Assembly: GCA_964632865.1 (NCBI GenBank) | Contig: CAZWDH010000001.1 | Span: 10,106-74,105, forward strand | From: an uncultured Nitrospiraceae bacterium | GTDB lineage: Bacteria; Hydrogenedentota; Hydrogenedentia; Hydrogenedentales; SLHB01 | Reading direction: 5' to 3' | Length of the DNA: 64,000 bases | Shown here: positions 19,303-27,234 of the stretch, in pieces | Numbering within the stretch: position 1 is the first letter of the stretch | Layout of the letters: every line of letters starts with the position of its first letter | Notes under the pieces: generated by a model | Seen by the model: only the letters and a program-made list of their open reading frames with translations | The model's database searches: none | Told to the model about the DNA's origin: nothing | Made by a program: the position numbers and the translations under genes

Positions 19303-21067
19303 CAGTCGCTTCCCCCTTCTTTCCATTCTCTGGCGGAGTACTCGGCAGCCGCACCTCAAACCGTGTGCCGTTACCAGGTCGCGTATCAAAGTCGATCGTC
19401 CCCCCGTGCGAGGTCACAATCCCGTGAACAACCGAGAGTCCCAACCCCGTTCCCTGCTCTGGCGTCTTCGTGGTGAAAAACGGTTCAAATATATGCGGTT
19501 GAATCTCCGGCGGTATTCCGGTTCCCGTGTCTTCCACAGCGAGGGATACTGAATCAACTGAACCGCGCGTGCGAATGGTCAGGGTTCCACCCTGCGGCAT
19601 CGCTTGAATCGCGTTGACGCAGAAGTTCACGAGGACTTGATGAAGCTGCACGGCGTCCGCGATGAGTTGCGGGCTCGCCGGATCCAGATCGCAAACGACT
19701 CTGACCCCATGCTCGGTGAACCGCGCCGCGAGCAAGGCCAGGCTGTCCGCAACGGTATCGTTGAGCCGCACCCAGGTTTTGGTTGACGGCGATTGCCGCG
19801 CGAACAGCATCAGCTTGCGCACGATCTCGCGGGCGTGCAGCGTCTCCTGAACGATTTTGCCCAAATCCTCGACGACTCGCCCAGGGATGCCCGGGAGCTT
19901 CTGGGCGAGTTGAGCGAAACCAAGGATGCCGCCGAGCGGTTCGTTGATCTCGTGTGCCACCGTGGCGGCCAGGTGACCGATGGTGGCGAGCCGATCGGCC
20001 TGGCGCACCGTCTCGGCCAGCCGCACCTTCTCCATGCGAGCCTCGCATCTCTGAACGAACAGAGCAATCTCGCGGGCGATCGCGGCGATCAAGTGTTCTT
20101 CCTCCCTGAGAAACGCCCCTTCGACAAACTCGGGGCGGTCCTCAATATAGCCGACCTCCACGAAACCCCGCGCCGCCTCGTCAACGACCACAGGTGCTTG
20201 CTGTCGGTATAAGGCCCGGCCCATGTCCCCGGTCGTGAATTCCACTTCGTCGACGCGAATGCGCGCCACGATGGCATCCGGAAACTGCCACGCAGGCGGC
20301 AACAACCGCACGATCTCGCCGAGAACCTCCGAAGCCGGTCCCTCAGCGGACTCAAGAACTTGAGCAATGGCGTACAAGCAAGTGAGCTCCTTCACCCGCT
20401 CCCGAAGCGCGTGCTGCGCGCGCCGATCATCCATCGCCAGACCGAGAGTCTGTGCCAAAGCCTCGTAGAATTCCACGTTCTGCGCGGAGAAGGCATGCTT
20501 CCGTCCGCTAAGCAGAGCAAGTACGCCGGGAATAGACGAGGTCACATCGAAGGGGATGATCGCGAGCGACCGAACCTCAAGATGCACGGGTCCCCGCAGC
20601 AAGGCATCCCCTATTGCAAGGGCCAGTTCGGTCACGACATCGCCGGTCCAAAAGCTCCCGTGCGCGGTGACGCAGCGGGACTTCGGCCCAACGCCGCGGC
20701 TCAACACGTTTCCGATCAATTTATCAAGCCAAGCCGTCGGCTGCGTCCCACGCGCCCCGAGCGCCGCGGTGCCGATGACGGTCGATGACGGTTCGATGCG
20801 CGGCCCATCGTATCGGGGCTCGAAGTGGAACGATTCGTGAGGAACGCGGGCTGCCGACCATTGATATCGTGAGGCACCGTCTTCCAAACCGGCGACCATC
20901 CGCAGCGCGTCGCACCCAGAAAAACCGAGCAGCAACCGCGACACGTCTCGCAGAAACTCGATCCTTCCGGGGCCCCGACTGGCTACATGCAGCACGCGCC
21001 GCGACGCGGCGATGAAGTCAAGCGGCTCAATCCCTTGCGTTGCGAAGGCGTCGCTCGTCGTTTCCAT
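19295..21067 (-). CDS. Sensor histidine kinase with N-terminal GAF-type sensory domains, cognate to the NtrC-type regulator.
   Basis: H-box HEINEPLGGILGF, N/G boxes FEPFFTTK...GTGLGLSVV. RBS AAGGAGGTG before ATG 21067 (METTSDAF...). The stop overlaps the regulator start by 8 nt. Confidence 0.9.
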   Translation of the reverse strand: METTSDAFATQGIEPLDFIAASRRVLHVASRGPGRIEFLRDVSRLLLGFSGCDALRMVAGLEDGASRYQWSAARVPHESFHFEPRYDGPRIEPSSTVIGTAALGARGTQPTAWLDKLIGNVLSRGVGPKSRCVTAHGSFWTGDVVTELALAIGDALLRGPVHLEVRSLAIIPFDVTSSIPGVLALLSGRKHAFSAQNVEFYEALAQTLGLAMDDRRAQHALRERVKELTCLYAIAQVLESAEGPASEVLGEIVRLLPPAWQFPDAIVARIRVDEVEFTTGDMGRALYRQQAPVVVDEAARGFVEVGYIEDRPEFVEGAFLREEEHLIAAIAREIALFVQRCEARMEKVRLAETVRQADRLATIGHLAATVAHEINEPLGGILGFAQLAQKLPGIPGRVVEDLGKIVQETLHAREIVRKLMLFARQSPSTKTWVRLNDTVADSLALLAARFTEHGVRVVCDLDPASPQLIADAVQLHQVLVNFCVNAIQAMPQGGTLTIRTRGSVDSVSLAVEDTGTGIPPEIQPHIFEPFFTTKTPEQGTGLGLSVVHGIVTSHGGTIDFDTRPGNGTRFEVRLPSTPPENGKKGEATDG

Positions 21068-21145
21068 TGCACCTCCTTTAGGGGCGATAGGTATTCTATC
21101 GAGGAAGCTCGAAAGCCGAACCCGGCACCGACCCGCTCGCATCGA
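20978..21145. repeat. Copy A of a ~165-bp repeat: the promoter, RBS and first ~30 codons of the histidine kinase gene.
   Basis: ~93% identical to 24508..24677 by direct comparison of the two stretches. Confidence 0.85.
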
Positions 21146-21267
21146 CGGAGTTCTCAGTCGCACCACGGCTTCTTTGCTCAAATCTGCCATCCGCGTCCGA
21201 TCGCCCGCGTGCACGAAGGGCAGCGGATAGTCGGCCTTGGTCAGGCACTCACCAACAAAGTACGCCG

Positions 21268-21645
21268 TCAGCCGCCGGGTTCACCTGCAAGTGCAAGTTG
21301 CCGGGTCGGCGTTCCCCAGCGAATCTCGTCGCCGAGCCGATACCAGAGCAGCGCCGATCCGAGCGCGCTCACAATTGAGACGCGGGCATCATCGTTCGCC
21401 TGTTCCGCGTAGATGAGCGTCACGATGCGTTGTTTGCCGGACTGCAAGTCGGTCATGCGCAACTTCGAATTCATCGCGATCACGTCTGGCTGGACCTCCT
21501 CCGGCCGTACCGCCTGCGCGCGGTCGAACTCCGGGACCAAGGCGCGCATCGGCTCGAGATCGGGGGCATCAATGATGGCAGCCAACACGAGGCACCCGAC
21601 GCGGTCCATGTCGATGACGGTGACGTCGATTTGTCGTTCATTCAT
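21268..21645 (-). CDS. rnk: Rnk (regulator of nucleoside diphosphate kinase; GreA/GreB C-terminal FKBP-like fold), paralog 1.
   Basis: EFDRAQAVRPEEVQPDVIAMNSKLRMTDLQSG...VSIVSALGSALLWYRLGDEIRW resembles E. coli Rnk. Confidence 0.75.
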   Translation of the reverse strand: MNERQIDVTVIDMDRVGCLVLAAIIDAPDLEPMRALVPEFDRAQAVRPEEVQPDVIAMNSKLRMTDLQSGKQRIVTLIYAEQANDDARVSIVSALGSALLWYRLGDEIRWGTPTRQLALAGEPGG

Positions 21646-21680
21646 TTTGAACTCCTTGTGGCGCGGGCGCCGAGCGCACG

Positions 21681-22628
21681 CTAAGGGTGTTGGTTTCGGC
21701 CTGGATTCCCTCGCGTGCGGGCGCGATGGGCCCCACGCAGCACGGCAGGGGCATTCTCAACCAGCGCTACCGCGACGGGGTGCTTGACGCGACGTTCCAC
21801 ACTGATCGCGTACAGACGCCCGCGCGTCTTGCCCATGCCGCCGATCGCTTGGACGCTTTGGCCGGTGGTGATCTCGTCTGCGACCGCGTCCGGGACCGCA
21901 AAGAATCCCGCCCCGCGGTGGCCGCAGGCATTCAGCAGCGCCAAGTCCTCGAACTCCGCGATGATTCGCGGGCGCACGGCGACCGACTCGAACCACTCGT
22001 TGAGGGCCCGGCGCAGGGACGTGTTCGCGGTCGGCAAGAGGGCGGGGGCGCCATCGAGCGAAGCGGGGAAACCCTTGCGGAGGCGTCGCGCCAGAGCGGG
22101 CACTGCGCAGGCGGTGATGCCGGACTCGCCGAGCAGGTGACTAAACGTGCGTACCTTGATTGACGGATCGGCCGGCGCGTCCGAGAGCACCAGGTCTAGA
22201 TCGTGCATCGCGAGCTGCGGCAGTAGCTGAGACTGTGTCCCCTCCACACAGATCAGGCGAATGGCCTGCGGCAAGCGAAACGCGGCATCCAGCACCTGGG
22301 CGATAACCAGTTTGGGCAGGACGTCGTCCACGCCGAGCCGAAAGCGTACCGAAGTCTCCAACGTGCGACCCTTGGCGACGTCCAGGAATTCCTGGCCCAG
22401 ACCGAAGATCTCGTCCGCGTAGCGGGCGGCGAGCCGGCCGAACTCGGTGGGGACAAGATTGCGGCCGACGCGCTTAAAGAGCTTCTCGCCGAGCGCATCC
22501 TCCAGCTCGCGCAACTGGGCCGAGATCGTCGCGGGCGACAGCAGCAGCTTGCGGCAAGCCGCGGCGATGCTGCCTTCGCGCACCACGGTCCAGAAGTAAA
22601 ACAGATGATGGTAGTTCAGCCAGTCCAC
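21681..22628 (-). CDS. LysR-family transcriptional regulator.
   Basis: N-terminal HTH LNYHHLFYFWTVVREGSIAAACRKLLLSPATISAQLRELEDALG followed by a LysR substrate-binding domain. Confidence 0.9.
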   Translation of the reverse strand: MDWLNYHHLFYFWTVVREGSIAAACRKLLLSPATISAQLRELEDALGEKLFKRVGRNLVPTEFGRLAARYADEIFGLGQEFLDVAKGRTLETSVRFRLGVDDVLPKLVIAQVLDAAFRLPQAIRLICVEGTQSQLLPQLAMHDLDLVLSDAPADPSIKVRTFSHLLGESGITACAVPALARRLRKGFPASLDGAPALLPTANTSLRRALNEWFESVAVRPRIIAEFEDLALLNACGHRGAGFFAVPDAVADEITTGQSVQAIGGMGKTRGRLYAISVERRVKHPVAVALVENAPAVLRGAHRARTRGNPGRNQHP

Positions 22629-23202
22629 ACCGGCAGCTTAGTTCGATCCTGCCTAATGATCAACCTCATTCATCGTATTCAGCGAATTCACTGCTCCCGC
22701 CCCTTGTGTGGTGCACTCCAGCCCCCGTTTCGCCGTTCCTACAGTGGGCGTCCGAATAGGAGCCTGCACGCACGGTCCGCTGGCCGGCAGGACATCTGAC
22801 GTGGTCCTGCGGCTGGAGCCTGATGTCGCCGCGCGATCCCGCGCGACCAACTTAGCACCGGCCCGCCTAACACGGAACCTCGCCGGGCCCGCCACGGACA
22901 AAGCAGGACCATCGCCTTGAATGTGGAACCTTCGCGAAAACCGAACGATTAATGCGATATTATCTGTCTTGCTAATGATGGCGCACCTGCCTATAGATGG
23001 GTAGCGACTGGAACCCGAGCGGTGATCAACCGCTCGGACGGTCGATTCGTTGTCGCTGGCCCGCCAGCGGGCATGCGAGGGCGCCACGGCTAACCCGGGC
23101 GCCGCCTCCCAGCGAAGCCGCGCGGGGGGCGTCGCGGGTGCGCTTGAGAACCGCAACGACAGATGATCGAGACATGGCGAGACTTGCAGAAAGGAGATGA
23201 CA

Positions 23203-23553
23203 ATGCACATCCAGATCACGATGCAGAACATGTTGCTAACCAACGCTCTGCGAGAGTTGGTGCACACGCGTCTGCGATTTGCGCTGGGCCGCTTCGCGCA
23301 TCGCATCGAAGTCGCGGCTGTCAGCTTCGAGGATATGAACGGCCCGCGCGGCGGACGCGACGTGCAGTGCCGCATCAGGCTGCTGCTCCGGCCGCGCGGC
23401 GAGATCAACGTGTCCGCCGTGGCGGTATTCCCGGGCGCAGCCCTCAGTGAAGCCGTGCAGCGCGCGTGCCGCCACGTGCGCTCACGCACGCGTCGCCGCT
23501 GGATGTTGCGTCGGCGCACTCGTGACACGCTCGATGTCGGTTCAGCCGCTTGA
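23203..23553 (+). CDS. hpf: Ribosome hibernation promoting factor / RaiA (sigma54-modulation protein, S30EA family), short form.
   Basis: MHIQITMQNMLLTNALRELV...INVSAVA aligns with E. coli HPF MQLNITGNNVEITEALREFV. AAGGAG RBS lies 6 nt upstream of the ATG at 23203. Confidence 0.72.
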   Translation: MHIQITMQNMLLTNALRELVHTRLRFALGRFAHRIEVAAVSFEDMNGPRGGRDVQCRIRLLLRPRGEINVSAVAVFPGAALSEAVQRACRHVRSRTRRRWMLRRRTRDTLDVGSAA

Positions 23554-23997
23554 TGCTAACGCTCAAACGGAGGTGAGACATGATGGTCCCGGGCGCGGAG
23601 AATCGCTGCGTCCAGAGACCCGGCATCGCCGGGCCGGATGAAGCGCGGCGCGGTGCTGGCCTATTTCACGACAGGAGGCGCCAGCCTGTTTTCTCACCCG
23701 TTGGAGCGATCCACAAGCGGAACTGCTTAATCGTTGTTACGTGCCAATTGCACGTTGAGCCCCAACATCGCGCTCGCGTCACTGGCTGGCTAGTGTGGTG
23801 TCCCTCGCGGTCCTTTACGACGGTCGCTCTTGGCGACAGAGATCGCCATCGGCTCCGTTCAGAAGCGCGGGATGCGGTAGCAGTCAAGTTGTTTCTGGGA
23901 CACAACAGTGCGACCAGGGCTCGGGCACGCCGGCCGGCGCCCGCACCGTCCGCGACTGTCAACGCGGCCAAGTAGGCCCGTAGATTGGAATATCGAC

Positions 23998-24414
23998 ATG
24001 GCAAGACGAACCATCTACATCACGCAGCAGGACGCGAGCCGCCTTCGGGAATGGCTCCGCACGTCGGGGCGTCGGCACGAGAAGGACCGCGCGCATTTGA
24101 ACGTGCTACGGCGCGAGCTGGAACGCGCGCATGTGATTGAGCCGGACGAAGTTCCCCCGGACGTGGTCACCATGCACTCGCGCGTGCGCATCGAGGACCC
24201 GCAGACGAAGCAGAAGCTGCTCTGCACGCTGGTGTTTCCCGAGGACGCCCTCGCGGCCGACGAGCGGATCTCGGTGCTTGCCCCGCTTGGAGCCGCGATC
24301 CTGGGCTGCCGCGCCGGCGACGTGATTCGGTTCGAAGTTCCCGTTGGTCAGCGGACGGTGCGCATCTTAGAGGTGCTTTACCAACCCGAAGCGGCCGGAC
24401 ACTTCCACCTGTAG
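23998..24414 (+). CDS. rnk: Rnk, paralog 2, in inverted orientation relative to paralog 1.
   Basis: DVVTMHSRVRIEDPQ...ISVLAPLGAAILGCRAGDVIRFEVPVGQ...LEVLYQPEAAGHFHL is a near-perfect match to the E. coli Rnk pattern (DVVTMNSRV...LEYQPEAAGDYLL). Confidence 0.85.
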   Translation: MARRTIYITQQDASRLREWLRTSGRRHEKDRAHLNVLRRELERAHVIEPDEVPPDVVTMHSRVRIEDPQTKQKLLCTLVFPEDALAADERISVLAPLGAAILGCRAGDVIRFEVPVGQRTVRILEVLYQPEAAGHFHL

Positions 24415-24470
24415 GTGTCCACCGACGCGAAGCGAGCGGCCACTCGAATTTTGGCGGCACGTAACAATGT

Positions 24471-24599
24471 TCATCGTCGCCACCCACGAGCCGCATCTCC
24501 GAAGCCTCTACTGGCTAGATGCAGCACGCACCGTGACGCGGCGATGAAGTCAAGCGGCTCAATCCCTTGCGTTGCGAAAGCGTCGCTCGTCGTTTCCAT
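24471..24599 (-). pseudogene. Orphan 5' fragment of the histidine kinase gene (RBS plus 42 codons, METTSDAFATQGIEPLDFIAASRCVLHLASRG...), part of repeat copy B.
   Basis: Same RBS and start as the HK gene; it diverges after ~30 codons and stops at 24471. Confidence 0.6.
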
Positions 24600-24677
24600 C
24601 GCACCTCCTTTAGGGGCTATAGGCATTCTATCAAGGAAGTTCGAAAGCCGAACCCAGCACCGACCCGCACGCATCGT
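24508..24677. repeat. Copy B of the histidine kinase 5' repeat.
   Basis: Directly aligned with 20978..21145. Confidence 0.85.
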
Positions 24678-24702
24678 CCAAGTCCTCCGTCGCACGGCGG
24701 GC

Positions 24703-24806
24703 GTCCTCGGCGCCGCTCGACGGTCGAAGGGCTCGGCTATTTCCAATATCATCCGACCATGCACGACCTTTCGCTGGTTGCGACGATCGCGGCGGCATTC
24801 AGCGGG
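24703..24806. repeat. Copy of the kefB-like gene's 5' region (upstream ~50 bp plus first 16 codons), fused to the protease gene.
   Basis: tcgaagggctcggctatttccaatatcatccgaccATGcacgacctttcgctggttgcgacgatcgcggcggcattcagcggg aligns with 30462..30562, which reads ...ggttcggctatttcggatatcatccaaccATGcacgacctatcgttgattgcgacgatcgcggcggcattcagcgggg. Confidence 0.85.
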
Positions 24807-25943
24807 CTAAAAGCCGCGAGTCGATGCTTGAAAATCGACATGGTCCGTCACTCCAGCTTGATCGTAAAGGTCATGATTTGCTTCCTGACCGTAGCGGCAG
24901 TATTTGGATCAGCGTACCTCGGCGGTAGGGTAGCAACAAGATACGCGATGAAGCGCGACGACGCTCTCCGTCGCCAGCAAAGCGAAACAATGTCGGCCGA
25001 GTTATCGGCGATCCGCGATCAACTTCGTCGGCAAGTCGAAGACTTCCGACGTGACCAAGCCGGATACACTTCGCGCGCCGAGTTGGACACGCTTCGGACT
25101 GATCTCGCGCGGCGTGCGGAAGTCGTAGATACATTGGTAGCCCGCAACAGCTCCCTGCGTCTCGTACTCGACGAGTACAGCCGCGGCGTGTGCCTTGTTT
25201 ACGGCGCGTATACTTTTCGACTCCCGACGGATGGTGAACAAGCGCCCGTCCTGGGACCGGACGGCAGCCCGCTTGAACTCGAATATTTCGGCTCTGGTTT
25301 TCTCGCTTCTTCCGAAGGTGCAGTACTTACCAACCGTCACGTGGCCGAACCGTGGTGGAACAACGCCGCTGTCGCCGGCCACGTGGAACAGGGTCTGATC
25401 CCATTGTTCGTCCATCTCACGGTCTATTTCCCTGGGCATCCAGCGATCTCAAGCGACTCATCGAAAATGCACGTAAGCACCGACGGCGTTGACCTCGCCG
25501 TGCTGCGTGTCCCGCCCGATGCCGTAAAAGGCATCCCGGTGTTGCCGCTTTTTTCCGGCGACGCTCGCGAGCTGCGCGGCAGCCGTATAATTCTTCTTGG
25601 CTATCCCACCGGCATTAACGCTGTGCTCGCCCGCACGGAGCCTGACGTGATGAGCGAAATCCTCAGCGGCGTTCGTGATACGGCCAGTCTACTTGCCGCT
25701 CTGGCAGATCGGTCACTGATCGTCCCGGTGGTAACGCAAGGAGCGCTGAATGAAGTCCGTGACCGTCGACTGGTCTACGACGCAGAGACAACCTCGGGTG
25801 GTTCCGGCGGACCGGTTTTTGGCCCCGACGGGAAAGTCATTGGGGTCAATTTTGCCATTACTCGCGATTTCGATGGCTCAAATTTTGGCGTCCCGATAGG
25901 ATTCGCTTCGCGCTTGTTCGATGGACGAGAAGATGCGCCGTAG
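24759..25943 (+). CDS. Trypsin-like (S1/DegP-like) serine peptidase with an N-terminal TM/coiled-coil region. Its first 16 codons and upstream region are a copy of the kefB-like gene's 5' end.
   Basis: His: VLTNRHVAEPW; Asp: DLAVLRV; Ser: TTSGGSGGPVFGPDGKVIGVNFA. N-terminal MHDLSLVATIAAAFSG versus KefB MHDLSLIATIAAAFSG. Confidence 0.78.
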   Translation: MHDLSLVATIAAAFSGLKAASRCLKIDMVRHSSLIVKVMICFLTVAAVFGSAYLGGRVATRYAMKRDDALRRQQSETMSAELSAIRDQLRRQVEDFRRDQAGYTSRAELDTLRTDLARRAEVVDTLVARNSSLRLVLDEYSRGVCLVYGAYTFRLPTDGEQAPVLGPDGSPLELEYFGSGFLASSEGAVLTNRHVAEPWWNNAAVAGHVEQGLIPLFVHLTVYFPGHPAISSDSSKMHVSTDGVDLAVLRVPPDAVKGIPVLPLFSGDARELRGSRIILLGYPTGINAVLARTEPDVMSEILSGVRDTASLLAALADRSLIVPVVTQGALNEVRDRRLVYDAETTSGGSGGPVFGPDGKVIGVNFAITRDFDGSNFGVPIGFASRLFDGREDAP

Positions 25944-25968
25944 ATACAAAGAGGAGAGTGAGATCGTA

Positions 25969-27234
25969 ATGAGCCGGCTTGAAGTGTCCCCAGCTAGTTT
26001 CGGAAGGCGACGCCGTGTCTTGATGATCTTCACCGGTGTGGCCACTCTGGTTTTGACGACTCATTGCTCACGACGCGAAGCGCCACCGCCGCCTCCGCCC
26101 GCGGCGGTCACTGTAGCACGGCCAGTGCAGTGGGAAGTCGTCGAGTGGGACGAGTACACCGGGTATCTCGACGCCGTCGAGTTCGTGGAAGTGCGGGCGC
26201 GAGTCAGCGGCCTTGTCATGTCGACGCCTTTTCAGGCAGGAAAGATCGTCAAGCAAGGCGACCTTCTTGTAGAGATCGATGTGCGGCCGTTTCAGGCCGA
26301 CCTTAACAGTCGGATCGCCGAGGAGGCGCGGGCCGCCGCGCAGGTCAGGCTGGCGGAAATTGAGCTCAGACGGATCCAGGAGATGCCTCCGGAGGCGTCT
26401 GTGCCCATCGAGGTACAAAGAAGCGAGGCGGCCCTCAGCGAGGCGAAGGCTGTACTCGCCGGCGCGCAAGCCGCAGTCGAGGCCGCCCGCTTGCTCGTCG
26501 AGTGGTGCCGCGTCACGGCTCCCATTGCCGGCCGCATTAGCCGTCGATATGTTGACCCGGGAAACCTCATCACCGGCGGCAGCGGGACCGGGACGTTGCT
26601 CACCACAATCGCTTCCACCGATCCTATCCATTGCTACATCGACGCTGACGAGCGCGCCGTGCTCAAGTACCAGCGATTAGCGCGCGAAAAGAAACGAGTC
26701 AGCGCCCGCGATGCCGAGATTCCGTTCCTCATGCAACTCGCCGACGAAAAAACCTTTTCTCGCCAGGGGGTGGTGGATTTCGTTGATAACCGCCTTGACC
26801 CGATGACCGGTACAATGCGAGGGCGCGGCGTACTCGCTAATCCGGGCGGCTATTTGATGGCCGGTTTTTTTGCGCGAGTGCGCATAGCAGGAAGCGGCGC
26901 CTACGTCGCCACGCTCGTACCCGATGCGGCCATCACGATCGATCAGGACCAGAAGGTCCTGTACTTGGTCGGAGAAAACAACGTCGTCCAGGTGCGGCCC
27001 GTCAAACTGGGTGCGCTCTTCGGCGAGTTTCGATCAATCGAAGCAGGGATCGGGTTGAGCGATCGCGTGATTATCAACGGTTTGATGCAAGCGCGTCCCG
27101 GCGCCACGGTTGCGCCTGAGGAAGCGTCCATCCCGCGTGAGGCGCTGCCGCTTCTACCGAATGAACTGCTTCCGCCCGACGCGCAGACGCAGCCGGCGGA
27201 CCCGCCTGAACCGAACAGCGAGGACCAGCCATGA
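25969..27234 (+). CDS. RND efflux membrane-fusion (periplasmic adaptor) protein.
   Basis: Lipoyl/hairpin/beta-barrel pattern (GDLLVEID...FQADLNSRIAE...RLAEIELRRIQE...WCRVTAPIAGRIS). GAGGAG RBS before ATG 25969. The stop overlaps the next start (ATGA). Confidence 0.85.
   Translation: MSRLEVSPASFGRRRRVLMIFTGVATLVLTTHCSRREAPPPPPPAAVTVARPVQWEVVEWDEYTGYLDAVEFVEVRARVSGLVMSTPFQAGKIVKQGDLLVEIDVRPFQADLNSRIAEEARAAAQVRLAEIELRRIQEMPPEASVPIEVQRSEAALSEAKAVLAGAQAAVEAARLLVEWCRVTAPIAGRISRRYVDPGNLITGGSGTGTLLTTIASTDPIHCYIDADERAVLKYQRLAREKKRVSARDAEIPFLMQLADEKTFSRQGVVDFVDNRLDPMTGTMRGRGVLANPGGYLMAGFFARVRIAGSGAYVATLVPDAAITIDQDQKVLYLVGENNVVQVRPVKLGALFGEFRSIEAGIGLSDRVIINGLMQARPGATVAPEEASIPREALPLLPNELLPPDAQTQPADPPEPNSEDQP

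Noticed and set aside
22653-23528. 291-aa minus-strand ORF overlapping hpf.
   Set aside because: Arg-rich and low complexity with no motif. It overlaps a well-supported hpf gene on the other strand.
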